From: Patescibacteria group bacterium
Lineage (GTDB): Bacteria; Patescibacteriota; Saccharimonadia; CAILAD01; BJGX01
Length of the DNA stretch: 64,000 bases
Direction: 5' to 3'
Assembly: GCA_026397045.1 (NCBI GenBank)
Contig: JAPLVO010000008.1
Span: 20,850 to 84,849, forward strand
Positions 47,157 to 57,411 of this stretch are shown piece by piece. The notes below the pieces were generated by a model. That model had not been told where the DNA came from, made no database searches, and saw nothing but the letters and a program-made list of their open reading frames with translations. How positions within the stretch are numbered: position 1 is the first letter of the stretch; the number at the start of each line of letters is the position of its first letter. Both the position numbers and the translations under genes were made by a program.

Positions 47157-48591
47157 CTATTACCTCTCCGCCCAGTATCGCCATCGCTGAACTGACTAAT
47201 TCTTCCTGAGAATCGATCTGAGTGGGCTTTTTAATAGCTTCCAGCTTGATAATTAGATGCATACTTCGACCATACACCTTGGTAAAGGCCTTCTCGACTA
47301 AACTAGTATTTCGTGGTTCAGCGATTCTATCCTTATGAAAGCTAAACCTACAGACGACCTCAATACTATCTTTGTAGACTCTAATCTCCGCTCCTTTCAG
47401 GACTGCATATAAAGAATTGTTGTAGTGCTTGATGACACTAAGCGACTTAATGAACAACTCCTCGCTGTCAGGTCTTAGTTTGGTCTCGGGCTCTAGGGTT
47501 TTACTCTTAGGGGCGCCAGCGGTGCTAGCACCCTCAATATTACCTACCTCTTTGTGTGAATTAACCTGGGCTGAGGCGAGAGCCATTGGCATTGTGGGCT
47601 GGGTGCTATTAGCCTGTGAATTTATGAACGATTTAGCTAGCCCAACCTGTAAAACTAGCTGCGGCAATGATGACTGACGAATATTTGACTGCACCCAGTG
47701 AAGGTTCTCAGCGAGGCCTAGTAGGAACTCATCACTGTACACATCCCCTTGTTGCAAATAACTCTGAATACTATCTAGCATCTGCTGGGCCAGCAGTGAA
47801 GTATCGGCGCCGGAGTCGTATAGCGCCTGTAAGAATGAAAGCATTTCCTTGATTTGATTGGCATCTCGGGCATCAAATATCTGTTTTATTTTAGTGCTAT
47901 CCTGTAGCCCTGTGAAGTCCGATATTATGCTAACCGTTATTGGCCCTTTAATGGCCGAGACTTGGTCTAATAAGCTAATTGCATCCCTAAAGCCACCCCG
48001 GCTGATCTTAGCAATCAAGTCCAGTGCCTTGTCTTCAATTATTATATTTTCTTGGTCTGCGATGTATCTTAAGTGCTTTGTCATATCAGAAGCAAGGATT
48101 GGCTTAAAATCGAATCTTTGCGTCCTGGATGTAATTGTCTCGGGCAGCTTGTGCGCTTCGGTGGTGGCAAAAATAAATACGACATGGGCAGGTGGCTCCT
48201 CGAGGGTCTTTAATAGGGCATTAAAGGCAGGGGTGGTGAGCATGTGTACTTCATCGATAATATAAACCTTGTACTCGAGCTTGGCAGGTAAAACCTGGAC
48301 TTTCTCTCTAAGGCTTCGAATTTCATCTATGCCGCGATTACTAGCCCCATCTATCTCTATTATATCGAGGTGGCTAGATATAGAATCCTCCTTATTTAGG
48401 CCGTTTAATTGCTTGGCGATAATCCTAGCAATGCTTGTTTTACCAACACCACGCGGCCCCGTAAGCAGATAAGCGTGACTATGTTTGCCCGTGGCTATAG
48501 CGTTAGTAAGAGTACTAACGACATGCTTCTGGCCAACTACCTCGCTGAAGTCAGCAGATCTATATTTACGATATAAAGCTAAATTAGACAA
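47149..48591 (-). CDS. dnaX: DNA polymerase III gamma/tau
   Basis: LYRKYR, GPRGVGKT, IDEVHML, LLKTLEEPP; TTG start with AGGAG SD. Confidence 0.95.
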   Translation of the reverse strand: MSNLALYRKYRSADFSEVVGQKHVVSTLTNAIATGKHSHAYLLTGPRGVGKTSIARIIAKQLNGLNKEDSISSHLDIIEIDGASNRGIDEIRSLREKVQVLPAKLEYKVYIIDEVHMLTTPAFNALLKTLEEPPAHVVFIFATTEAHKLPETITSRTQRFDFKPILASDMTKHLRYIADQENIIIEDKALDLIAKISRGGFRDAISLLDQVSAIKGPITVSIISDFTGLQDSTKIKQIFDARDANQIKEMLSFLQALYDSGADTSLLAQQMLDSIQSYLQQGDVYSDEFLLGLAENLHWVQSNIRQSSLPQLVLQVGLAKSFINSQANSTQPTMPMALASAQVNSHKEVGNIEGASTAGAPKSKTLEPETKLRPDSEELFIKSLSVIKHYNNSLYAVLKGAEIRVYKDSIEVVCRFSFHKDRIAEPRNTSLVEKAFTKVYGRSMHLIIKLEAIKKPTQIDSQEELVSSAMAILGGEVIDG

Positions 48592-48649
48592 ACCACTCTC
48601 CTACTTTAGTAGCTATTATAGCTGATTAGTTAGGCCTTTTACAGGTCTA

Positions 48650-49192
48650 TTATATAGTAGAGATAAGCGCCTCTATGGCAGCCCAAGAAGGCTTGGTACC
48701 AGCCGGCACAACGATTGTGACTTCATCGCCTGGCTGAGCCTTGAAATAAGTGACACTGGCATAAAGAACTCGATATTTTATATCGCCAACCACTGCAACA
48801 TATTGGCCATTCTCGAGTGATATCTTGGCTATAATCTTTTTGCGTTCTACTGGACCAATCTGCTTGTATATAAAGCTACCGTCCTGAGCTATAGTTAGCT
48901 TGAGAGTGTCTCCTTCGACTAGCTTGGATTTAGAAGCATAATTAGCTGGTACTGGATAGACTTTGCCATCTGGACCAATCATATTCTGGCCATCAAACTG
49001 GCCTTCTATTATTTTACCAATGGAGTCCTGTGAGCCAGGCTGAACTAAATCTTGAAGCTTGGGCTCAGGCAAATCACTTGAACTAACGCCGAGCTTCTTA
49101 AGCTCTTCTTCTACCTGTTTAATAGTATCTTGAGCGACCTGCATTTGGGTCGCTAGATTCTGCATAATTTTCTGTTTATCTTTATCTATCAT
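48650..49192 (-). CDS. Conserved hypothetical protein
   Basis: IEGQFDGQNM.GPDGK.YPVPANYASKSKLVEGD motif that I recall from CPR genomes; function unknown. Confidence 0.75.
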   Translation of the reverse strand: MIDKDKQKIMQNLATQMQVAQDTIKQVEEELKKLGVSSSDLPEPKLQDLVQPGSQDSIGKIIEGQFDGQNMIGPDGKVYPVPANYASKSKLVEGDTLKLTIAQDGSFIYKQIGPVERKKIIAKISLENGQYVAVVGDIKYRVLYASVTYFKAQPGDEVTIVVPAGTKPSWAAIEALISTI

Positions 49193-49304
49193 TTTGTTAA
49201 CCTACCTTACATAAATTACTTTTTACACATTTTAGCAAGAAACAGTACAAAAGCCAAACAAAAAAGACCCCAAAGGGTCTAAATTGTGATTTACAGATTA
49301 AAAA

Positions 49305-49760
49305 CTACTGCAATTCAATTGTCGCTCCGGCCTCTTCAAGCTTCTTCTTGGCCTCTTCTGCCTCTTTGGCAGGCACAGCTTCTTTGATCATCTTAGGCGC
49401 ACCATCTACCACAGCCTTGCTTTCTGCAAGACCTAGGCCAGATACTTCGCGCACTGCCTTGATTACATCAATTTTCTTTTCGCCTGTTGCAGTTAGCATA
49501 ATGTCGTAAGCACTTTTAGCCTCTTCGACTTCCGCTTCACCACCTGCTGGACCACCAACCGCAGCTGCTGCAGCTGGAGCGGCAGCACTTACGCCAAAGT
49601 GATCTTCCAAAACCTTAACTAATTCTGACAAATCTAAAACACTTAGTTCCGAGATTTGGTCAACTAGTGATTTAAACTTTGCGGGTACTTCTTTATTCTC
49701 TTCAACTGAAGCTACAGATTCCTCTTTAACTTCATCTTTTTTCGTAATTTCTTCTGCCAT
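49305..49760 (-). CDS. rplL: 50S ribosomal protein bL12 (L7/L12)
   Basis: [34 protein letters not shown]. Confidence 0.97.
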   Translation of the reverse strand: MAEEITKKDEVKEESVASVEENKEVPAKFKSLVDQISELSVLDLSELVKVLEDHFGVSAAAPAAAAAVGGPAGGEAEVEEAKSAYDIMLTATGEKKIDVIKAVREVSGLGLAESKAVVDGAPKMIKEAVPAKEAEEAKKKLEEAGATIELQ

Positions 49761-49761
49761 T

Positions 49762-50292
49762 TTATACTTCTCCCTTCTTAACTTGCAGTGCGTTTAGCAC
49801 ATGCAATACTTGAGTTATATTGCCATTTAGGACTCTTACAAATCCACTTAGTGGAGCCGCAATTGTACCTACTACTTGGGCCGTAAGAATCTCTCGACTC
49901 GGTAGCTTAGCTAGCGCTAAGATATTTTCACGGCTTATTGTGTTCCCTGATTCATCGATGCCACCAATGATCTCTAGGTTCTCATTTGTTTTAGCAAAAT
50001 CTGCAATTACTTTGCAGGTTTGTGCTTCATCCTGACCAAAAGCAATTGCCATTGGTCCTGTAAAAACCGAATGATCGGCTTTTTTAAGTTCGGTTTGTGC
50101 GATAGCAACCTTTACTAAGGTATTTTTACTTACCTTATAGCTGATACCGGCCTCTCGTAGCTTATTGCGCAAATCGTTAATTGACGGGACATCTAAGCCG
50201 CGGTAATCAGTCATTACGGCAATTTTGCTACTTGTGAAGGCCTCGGCTAAGACCTTTACATCAGCCTCTTTTTGCTTGCGTGTTTTTGCCAT
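49762..50292 (-). CDS. rplJ: 50S ribosomal protein uL10
   Basis: [24 protein letters not shown]. Confidence 0.96.
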   Translation of the reverse strand: MAKTRKQKEADVKVLAEAFTSSKIAVMTDYRGLDVPSINDLRNKLREAGISYKVSKNTLVKVAIAQTELKKADHSVFTGPMAIAFGQDEAQTCKVIADFAKTNENLEIIGGIDESGNTISRENILALAKLPSREILTAQVVGTIAAPLSGFVRVLNGNITQVLHVLNALQVKKGEV

Positions 50293-50326
50293 AGGCATCC
50301 TCCGATGCTTTAAATTTAATGTGCAT

Positions 50327-50449
50327 GATTACCAAACAAAAAGCCCCCGGTAATAAACCTAGGACCTTAAAGTTTGAAAATCTATTGTTAGATTTGTAAC
50401 CTCATGTAGCGAATTAAGTCATTTAGACTGCTACAGTCTTTGGTAATCG
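50327..50449 (-). promoter_or_regulatory. L10 leader (autogenous r-protein regulator)
   Basis: AAGACUGUAGC...UUAAUUCGCUACAUGAGG kink-turn-like core upstream of rplJ, closed by GATTACCAAA/TTTGGTAATC. Confidence 0.75.
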
Positions 50450-50483
50450 ATATTATTATAGCAGCTTAGCGGTGAATATTCAA

Positions 50484-51755
50484 CTACAAACTACGCTTAA
50501 ACGCATTATCGTATGGCCATGCAAGGTCATTGGCTAGCTTGGCGGTGTAGGTAGCGAGCTGGTTACTTTGTAGATCGCCTAAAATGGCTTTGCCTATCAG
50601 CATGCCGAGCTCTCTGGACTGGGAAATGCCTATGCCACGACTAGTTAGGGCCGCCATGCCAAGTCTCAGGCCACTGGGCCGCCATGCTGATTTGAGGTCG
50701 CCGGGCACTGAATTACGATTTGTTATTACACCTGAAACTTCAAGTGTTTGCTGAATTGCTAGGCTATCGGAGGCCTTGGGCAGATTAATTAAGCTAAGGT
50801 GGGTTTCGCTCTTGGCTGAGACGGTAATGCCAGACGAGAGTACTCCTTGCTCTAGCGAAGCAGTATTAGCTACGACTGATTTGATGTATTTACTAAAAGG
50901 CACTTTGTCGGTGTACTCGTCCTCGCCGAGTACCTCCATTAAGGCCTGGCCAACGGCAGCTATCTGATTGAGATGCGGCCCACCGCTGGTTCCAGGAAAA
51001 ACAGTCTTATTGATCGCTGGCATGTACTGCTTTTTAGCAAAAAGTAACGCTGAGCGCGGTCCACGCAGTGTCTTGTGCGTGGTTGTTGTCACGAAGTCCG
51101 CCCCACTGCCATCAGGATTAAATGGGCTGCTGTGCTCACCGGTGGCGACTAATCCTGAAATGTGAGCAATATCTGCCAATACAAGGCAGCCATTACCATG
51201 AGCCAGGCTGCATATTTCTGTAAACTCATACTTTTGTGGATAGGCCGAAAACCCAACGACCAATAACCTTGGCTTATACTTAATAATTTTGCGCTTAAGC
51301 TCGGCTAGATCCAAAACAAAGCCCTGGGGGCTAGGCGTGAGGTAGTATGATTGGTGGTTGAAGAACTTTAGATAGCTGCTAGACGAGTGAAGATGGCTGA
51401 GGTGGCCACCGCTGGCTAAGTCCAGGCTAAGTACTGTATCGCCAGGCTCAAGAACAGTTAAAAATACCATGGCATTTGCTGGGCTACCAGACAGTACTTG
51501 GACATTTACGCCATACTCACCAGTTGAATCAAACACCTCAAGAGACTTTTGCTGTACAAACTCTTCTAGCTCATCGGCGAGTATGTTGCCTCCATAATAT
51601 CGCTTTCCTGGGTAGCCTTCGGCGTATTTATCATTCCATATTGAACCTAGCAAATCTAAAACTTTAGGACTTGGGTAGTTTTCTGAGGCTATTAAATTGA
51701 TAGTGGCTTGCTGACGAGAGTTTTCTTGCTCAGTTAGCTTGTATATTTTATTCAT
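50484..51755 (-). CDS. glyA: Serine hydroxymethyltransferase
   Basis: LIASEN, YAEGYPGKRYYGG, GGHLSH, DIAH, TTTHKTLRGPR. Confidence 0.95.
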   Translation of the reverse strand: MNKIYKLTEQENSRQQATINLIASENYPSPKVLDLLGSIWNDKYAEGYPGKRYYGGNILADELEEFVQQKSLEVFDSTGEYGVNVQVLSGSPANAMVFLTVLEPGDTVLSLDLASGGHLSHLHSSSSYLKFFNHQSYYLTPSPQGFVLDLAELKRKIIKYKPRLLVVGFSAYPQKYEFTEICSLAHGNGCLVLADIAHISGLVATGEHSSPFNPDGSGADFVTTTTHKTLRGPRSALLFAKKQYMPAINKTVFPGTSGGPHLNQIAAVGQALMEVLGEDEYTDKVPFSKYIKSVVANTASLEQGVLSSGITVSAKSETHLSLINLPKASDSLAIQQTLEVSGVITNRNSVPGDLKSAWRPSGLRLGMAALTSRGIGISQSRELGMLIGKAILGDLQSNQLATYTAKLANDLAWPYDNAFKRSL

Positions 51756-51885
51756 TATATGCCCTAATTATACCATTTAGCTTACAAATGTAATTAATTA
51801 ATGTATCCTTTTATGGCTACCCGCCAAACTACGATCAGTTAGGCCTGCTAACAGATACTAGCAGATCAATTGCTGGGTTACTCGG

Positions 51886-51918
51886 ATATAAAAAGCCCCA
51901 ATGTGGGGCTTTTTATAT
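51886..51918. terminator. Bidirectional-type terminator after rplA
   Basis: ATATAAAAAGCCCCA-ATG-TGGGGCTTTTTATAT. Confidence 0.85.
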
Positions 51919-51929
51919 AATTGACCGAG

Positions 51930-52877
51930 CTATTTCTGCCTGGCCTCACGCAAGGCCTCGTTGTGGTCGAGCCTGATGCTAGGGCTCATGCTAGAAGTTA
52001 TATATATATTTCGGATAAACACTCCTTTGACTCCACTCGGCTTAGCCGATGAAAGAGCCTTAACTACCGATCTGGCATTGGAATATAGATCCTCAGGCTT
52101 GAAGCTAAGTTTCCCAATCGCGACATGTATAACCCCATTGGCATCATTCTTGATTTCCACCTTACCCTTCTTAAACTCATCGACTGCCTTGGCTGGATCG
52201 GCCGTTACAGTACCATTTTTAGGTGAAGGCATTAAGCCTTTTGGGCCAAGTATTTTCGCAAGTTTGCCTAGCTCACTCATTTTGTCTGGGCTGGCAATTA
52301 ATATATCAAAATTAAACTTTTCCTTTGCTATTTCTTTTAATATAAGTTCACCATCTACAAAATCAGCTCCTGCCTTCTTAGCTGCCTCAGATTCATTCTC
52401 GCCAGATATCACGGCAACTACCAAAGTTTTGCCAGTACCTGCAGGTAATGAGATATTAGTTCTTACCATCTGATCAGCCTGCCTAGGATCAATATTTAGC
52501 GTTGCATGCAATTCAGCAGTTGCGTCAAATTTTACCTTAGAAATCTTGGGCAGCAAAGCCATGGCCTCTGCAAGCGTGTAGAGCTTATCCTTTTCGAGCA
52601 TATCTCGCGCAGACTTCTGGTTCTTTGTGTACTTTTTAACTCTAGGCTTTTGTTTGGTTTTCGGTACTTCGATGGATTTTTTAGAATCTATCTTTTTAGC
52701 CTCTTTGGCTTCTTTATCACTGGCCTCGGTTTGGGCCTTAATGCTTCTCTTACCGGATTTAGCAACCTTTACGGGTTTTTCTAATTCACTAGCTGAAGAC
52801 TCACCTAACTCTGCTACTTCTTTAGGCTCTAAGTCTTTCTTTATAACTTTTTTGATTGATTTTTTACTATCTTCCAT
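51930..52877 (-). CDS. rplA: 50S ribosomal protein uL1 with long Lys/Glu-rich N-terminal extension
   Basis: KFDAT, DPRQADQ, LGPKGLMPSPKNGTV; ATG 52877 with AAGGAG SD. Confidence 0.96.
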   Translation of the reverse strand: MEDSKKSIKKVIKKDLEPKEVAELGESSASELEKPVKVAKSGKRSIKAQTEASDKEAKEAKKIDSKKSIEVPKTKQKPRVKKYTKNQKSARDMLEKDKLYTLAEAMALLPKISKVKFDATAELHATLNIDPRQADQMVRTNISLPAGTGKTLVVAVISGENESEAAKKAGADFVDGELILKEIAKEKFNFDILIASPDKMSELGKLAKILGPKGLMPSPKNGTVTADPAKAVDEFKKGKVEIKNDANGVIHVAIGKLSFKPEDLYSNARSVVKALSSAKPSGVKGVFIRNIYITSSMSPSIRLDHNEALREARQK

Positions 52878-52890
52878 ATCATCTCCTTCG

Positions 52891-52923
52891 GTGGTCAAGC
52901 TCTAAAGTTTAATTAGATCCCAC
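52891..52923 (-). promoter_or_regulatory. L1-binding operator hairpin between rplK and rplA
   Basis: GUGG-GA-UCUAA...UUAGA-GCUUGA-CCAC just upstream of the rplA SD. Confidence 0.65.
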
Positions 52924-52940
52924 GATTAGGTTATTATTAT

Positions 52941-53369
52941 TTACTCTACCTCTACCCCCATAGACCTTGCAGTGCCAGCAATTATTTTTTTTGCGGCTTC
53001 TATATCATTAGCATTTAAATCTGGCATTTTTATTTCTGCTATTTCGGTGAGCTGGGCTTGTGTTAGTTTCCCAACTTTATCCTTATTGGGAACGCCAGAA
53101 GCCTTTTTGAGCTTTAGAGCTTCTTTTATTAGGGTTTTAGCGGGGGTGCCTTTGGTGACAAAGCTCATTGACTTGTCTTCATAAATAGTGACATGAACTG
53201 GAGTAGGCTGACCCTTGCGATCTTGAGTCTGCTCATTAAAAGGATTTATAAAATCCATCATGTTAACTCCGTATTGACCTAGTGACGAGCCTACAGGAGG
53301 CGCTGGTGTAGCCTGACCTCCCATAATTACCATCTTTACTTTAGCTTGAATTTTTTTTACTGCTGCCAT
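52941..53369 (-). CDS. rplK: 50S ribosomal protein uL11
   Basis: ATPAPPVG..LGQ, KMPDLNA, GTARSMG. Confidence 0.97.
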   Translation of the reverse strand: MAAVKKIQAKVKMVIMGGQATPAPPVGSSLGQYGVNMMDFINPFNEQTQDRKGQPTPVHVTIYEDKSMSFVTKGTPAKTLIKEALKLKKASGVPNKDKVGKLTQAQLTEIAEIKMPDLNANDIEAAKKIIAGTARSMGVEVE

Positions 53370-53385
53370 TTTTAGTAGTTCCTTT

Positions 53386-53919
53386 CTAGATCTTCTTTAC
53401 TTGCAGGGAATCGAGTTCAACTGGTGTTTCGCGTCCGAACATACTAACTAGCACCTTAATCTTGCCCTTCTGCTCATCGATTTCATTAACCTGACCATCA
53501 AAGCCCTTAAAGGGGCCATCGGTGATATTTACTGTTTCGCCTATCTTGAAGTCTATTACATATTTGGGTTCGTCAATGCCCATTCTACGCTGAATAGACT
53601 TGACCTCGTCTTCACTTAGAGGTGTTGGCGTGGTACTAGTGCCTACAAAGCCAGTTACATTAGGCGTGTTACGAACCACGAACCAAGAATCCTCGGTGAT
53701 AGCCATCTGTACCATGATATACCCGGGGAATATCTTACGCTCAACTGTTTTACGGTGGCCATTCTTGATTTCTATTTGCTTTTCTTTGGGCACGATAATA
53801 TCAAATATCTTATCCTTCATGTCTAAAGAATCAGTTCGCTGGCGCAAGGCTTCAGAAACTTGATCTTCATAACCAGAGTAAGTGTGAATAACGAACCAAT
53901 CTTTTTGTACTGTAGACAT
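53386..53919 (-). CDS. nusG: Transcription factor NusG
   Basis: HTYSGYE, FPGY, VRNTPNVTGF, KOW DGPF, FGRETPVEL. Confidence 0.97.
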   Translation of the reverse strand: MSTVQKDWFVIHTYSGYEDQVSEALRQRTDSLDMKDKIFDIIVPKEKQIEIKNGHRKTVERKIFPGYIMVQMAITEDSWFVVRNTPNVTGFVGTSTTPTPLSEDEVKSIQRRMGIDEPKYVIDFKIGETVNITDGPFKGFDGQVNEIDEQKGKIKVLVSMFGRETPVELDSLQVKKI

Positions 53920-54110
53920 TATGGAATCCTCAAAATTAATGACTTTAATGTTGTTCTCCAGGCAGCGTCAAGGCCTGCGAGTATTAAGCCCAGGATAATA
54001 GATACTGCAACTATCAAACCAGCTAGTTGAAGGGCTTGCTTTCGAGTTGGCCAAACAACTTTTTGCATTTCGGCCACTGATTTCTTGATGTAATTTGTAA
54101 ATCCGTGCAT
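53919..54110 (-). CDS. secE: Preprotein translocase SecE
   Basis: EMQKVVWPTR + TM segment, upstream of nusG. Confidence 0.93.
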   Translation of the reverse strand: MHGFTNYIKKSVAEMQKVVWPTRKQALQLAGLIVAVSIILGLILAGLDAAWRTTLKSLILRIP

Positions 54111-54191
54111 GATTCGTATCTAATCTAAAAAAGCCCTTTGCGGCCTTTCTTGTATTTTACCTAATAAATAGGGGCTTTGTCAACAATTTCA

Positions 54192-55460
54192 TTATGGCCT
54201 TGGCAGCTTGATATCAATAGAGCTAGGCAGGCTGTTAGATAGCTGTGTTAGATATGAGGCTAATTCCGCCGATACCGCTGAACTCGCTATGAAATAAGTA
54301 ATCACTATAACTGCTGCAATCATCACGACAATTAGCAGACTGAGATATCCAGGGTTACGATTGTTGTGCATTACTAAGCCAGCTCTCATGCCATGAACAC
54401 GAACAACTCTTGCCCAGTACCCCACTTGCCAGGCAGTCCATACCGACCATAGGATATACAAAAAAGTCGAGAATGAGGATAATACAAGTATCTGAAGGCT
54501 CACGGCGGTTGTAGTATCTATTAGATAAACATTTATAGCTACCAGGCCAAGGCTAAGGCCGAAAAACAGCATCAAATGCAGCATCCATACGAACCCATAT
54601 TTAATACTGGCTAGAGGGTGGCTGAGGGTATACTTGAAGGCGGGGCTTAATTTAGCCGTTCCAGTTTCGGTGCCTATTGCAACGCTAGCCATCAACCAAA
54701 ACCTTAAGGTCGAATACGCTGCAATCATCATAATCAGCACCAATAATGCGCATAGGCACAGAAAAGCTTGCTGATATATAGAGCCATAGCCGAGCACATA
54801 TATAGCCAGTATGGTTAAAGCCGCAAACCCTAAAATAAGCATAAATACCATTACTTTTACAATCTTCTGTAGAAAGCTACCTAATATCTGGCTAGCTGAT
54901 TGTTTTAATGAATTAGAAAGCTTGGGCTCACGATTATCTAGCTGCTGATACCTGAACCTTAACAGTGCAGGAGTTATTAGGCTATCGGCAATAATACTAA
55001 CTAGAGCAATTATAAGTATGGTGCCTCCTAATACTATGAGCATGGATGTATTTTGGGCCGATACACCAGCCTTTAGCTCTATAAGCAGCTCATCGAGTTT
55101 TAAGACTGATAAATAGCGCAACTGAAATATCAAGATTGGCAAAATTACGAAAAATAAAACTCGAGCCCCTAATAAGTTTCTGGCTAATGACAGCTGGAAT
55201 ATGTCTGCAATCAAAACGGACTTCCAGGCCGAACTAACCATAGTGATAACTCCTGATTGAGCTGGCCTGGGAGCTGGGGCTTGAGTTGGAGTTGGCCTGG
55301 GAGCTGGAGCTCGAGTCGGAGTTGGCCTGGGAGGTGGAGCTGGAGCTCGAGTCGGAGTTGGCCTGGGAGCTGGGGCTGGCCTGGCAGCTGAAACCTTCGG
55401 ACTTTTTACAGTCGACATGCGTGAGACCCTTTTAATATCAATGTTTTTTGGTGTAGCCAT
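54192..55460 (-). CDS. Multi-TM hypothetical protein with Pro-rich repeat N-terminus
   Basis: About 7 hydrophobic segments; RPTPTRAPAP repeats. Confidence 0.75.
   Translation of the reverse strand: MATPKNIDIKRVSRMSTVKSPKVSAARPAPAPRPTPTRAPAPPPRPTPTRAPAPRPTPTQAPAPRPAQSGVITMVSSAWKSVLIADIFQLSLARNLLGARVLFFVILPILIFQLRYLSVLKLDELLIELKAGVSAQNTSMLIVLGGTILIIALVSIIADSLITPALLRFRYQQLDNREPKLSNSLKQSASQILGSFLQKIVKVMVFMLILGFAALTILAIYVLGYGSIYQQAFLCLCALLVLIMMIAAYSTLRFWLMASVAIGTETGTAKLSPAFKYTLSHPLASIKYGFVWMLHLMLFFGLSLGLVAINVYLIDTTTAVSLQILVLSSFSTFLYILWSVWTAWQVGYWARVVRVHGMRAGLVMHNNRNPGYLSLLIVVMIAAVIVITYFIASSAVSAELASYLTQLSNSLPSSIDIKLPRP
55261..55384. repeat. ~30-bp coding tandem repeat (about 4 units)
   Basis: TGGCCTGGGAGCTGG(A/G)GCT(C/T)GAGT(C/T)GGAGT units, one with a 6-bp insertion. 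Confidence 0.9.
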
Positions 55461-55494
55461 TAAAGTTATGTCTACTAATTATAACCCCTATGAG

Positions 55495-56334
55495 CTATAG
55501 CGCAAAACTTCTTTTGATCTTTATGAACAATAAAATTCTAATTTTTACGAATAAAGGAAGGCTGGCTCTAGATTTTGAAAGCTCACTGGCAGGCCTACTA
55601 TTTATCAATTTAGTTAACTCGCTGAAGTACGAATAAGCAAGCTCCACACCATATCGGCTAGACTTAGGTAGGGACTTTATAGCTCCACTGGCTATTTTTA
55701 GATCCTTATTTATATCTTCTGTGATGTCAGTGATATCTTGCTGGGTTAGGTTCTTTGAAGATTTGCCAGGAAAATATAATCGGCCAAGATTACCAGAATC
55801 ATCGGAGATATCTCTTAGGAAATTTATCTTTTGGAATGCAGAGCCCAGTGCTCTGGCAGATGGCTTTAACTCCCTAAACTTTTTCTTATCACCGGCCACA
55901 AATACCATTAAGCACATTAGGCCCACAGCTTCAGCTGAGCCATATATATAATCACTGTACTCTTCTAGAGAATACCGCTTCTTTTTAATATCCATGCGCA
56001 TGCTATCCATGAATGAGTCGATCAAATCCATGGGTATACCGTACTCACGAACAACCAAGCAAAAACTATGGACAATTGGGTTAATGCTAAAACCCGTCTT
56101 TAAGGCTCTTTTGGTGTCAGCTGTTAGCTCATCGAGATATTCAGCCATTTCCTTAGGCCGCCATGTATCCACGACCTCGTCTGCTATTCTAACAAACCCG
56201 TAAATAGACACTATTGAGTCTGCCACTTTGGGGCTAAGGAGCTTAGTTGCAGATGAGAATGAGCTTGAATAAGAGAAGGTGATGTCTCGACTTAAGCGAA
56301 TGCTTATTTGGTTATATAGGCCAATATTAATCAC
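55495..56334 (-). CDS. crtB: Phytoene synthase
   Basis: YSSSFS, YGFVRIADEVVD, YIYGSAEAVGLM, FQKINFLRD, GRLYFP. Confidence 0.92.
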   Translation of the reverse strand: MINIGLYNQISIRLSRDITFSYSSSFSSATKLLSPKVADSIVSIYGFVRIADEVVDTWRPKEMAEYLDELTADTKRALKTGFSINPIVHSFCLVVREYGIPMDLIDSFMDSMRMDIKKKRYSLEEYSDYIYGSAEAVGLMCLMVFVAGDKKKFRELKPSARALGSAFQKINFLRDISDDSGNLGRLYFPGKSSKNLTQQDITDITEDINKDLKIASGAIKSLPKSSRYGVELAYSYFSELTKLINSRPASELSKSRASLPLFVKIRILLFIKIKRSFAL

Positions 56335-56339
56335 TGCTA

Positions 56340-57410
56340 CTACTTTTTCCTAGCCACACAGTATGAGGCGAGATTTCTTAAAAGATCTTCGAGCTCAGTA
56401 TCTAGGTTCATCCTATCCAATATTAATAAGGACTTTTTAAGATGATCATCTGCCGCAACAGTGACCTTAGCCCGTGCACCACATTCCTCGAGAATAACTC
56501 GGACTATCTTGGTGTCATGAATATTTATATCCGTCTTGCCCAGCCTAGTCTCAATGGCCTTCCATTGCAGTGGAGATGATAGCTTTTTAGCATAATACAT
56601 CAGTAGCGTTTGTTTACCTTCGCGAATATCTGAGCCGACTGGCTTACCTGTTTGTCGACTTGAGCCAAACATGCCAAGGAGGTCGTCTGCGAGCTGGAAA
56701 GCTTTGCCTAATTCAGAGCCAAACTCAGCAAAGAGCTTAAAAAGCTTACTATTTCCCCCGGCGGCGACAATGCCTAGTTGCATGGGATATGTAATAGTAT
56801 ATTGAGCAGTTTTATAAAAATTCACCTTTTCTATTTTACTTAGATTCAAATCTCCTCTAAGACCCGCCATGACATCTAATTGCTGCCCTGCTCCGGTATC
56901 GAAAAGTGTTTTTTGGAAATGCTTCATCATTTCGAACACCAGCTTGGGGTCGAGGTCGAGGCTGGTTAGCACTTCAAATGTAAAGAACTCATTTAGCTCC
57001 CCTGCTAAAATAGCGATGGACTCGGCAGTTTTCCTAGCAGGTTTATCATCTAGCAGCTTCTTGAACCTTTTTTCATATACTCCCGTAATATTTGCGCCGC
57101 CGTAGCGTGTGGTATCGCCGTCCATAATATCATCATGGATAAGTACGAAGTTATGAAAAATTTCTAACGATACAGATGCATCCAGGGCCTTAGCTATTTC
57201 TTTGCCGCCGGCAGCCCTATAGCCTAGTACCATTAAGGTTGGCCTGAGTCTCTTGCCGCCTCTGAGAATGAACTTCTTCATATCCAGCAGCAGCTTGGCA
57301 TAGACTGGATCAATCTTACTAGCCTCGGCTATTTTAAGATCATAGAAATCAGATAATCTACCATCTACCTCTGATTTAACAAACTTGTTTAATGCAATAA
57401 ATTTTTCCAT
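56340..57410 (-). CDS. crtE: Polyprenyl (GGPP) synthase
   Basis: GGKRLRP, HDDIMD, GQQLD, KTAQYT, FQLADD, GSDIREGK.T; located between crtI and crtB. Confidence 0.85.
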   Translation of the reverse strand: MEKFIALNKFVKSEVDGRLSDFYDLKIAEASKIDPVYAKLLLDMKKFILRGGKRLRPTLMVLGYRAAGGKEIAKALDASVSLEIFHNFVLIHDDIMDGDTTRYGGANITGVYEKRFKKLLDDKPARKTAESIAILAGELNEFFTFEVLTSLDLDPKLVFEMMKHFQKTLFDTGAGQQLDVMAGLRGDLNLSKIEKVNFYKTAQYTITYPMQLGIVAAGGNSKLFKLFAEFGSELGKAFQLADDLLGMFGSSRQTGKPVGSDIREGKQTLLMYYAKKLSSPLQWKAIETRLGKTDINIHDTKIVRVILEECGARAKVTVAADDHLKKSLLILDRMNLDTELEDLLRNLASYCVARKK

Positions 57411-57411
57411 A

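Noticed and set aside
51800-51885. ZTP or THF riboswitch upstream of glyA
   Set aside because: Consensus motifs are absent, and a -10 box lies between this region and glyA.
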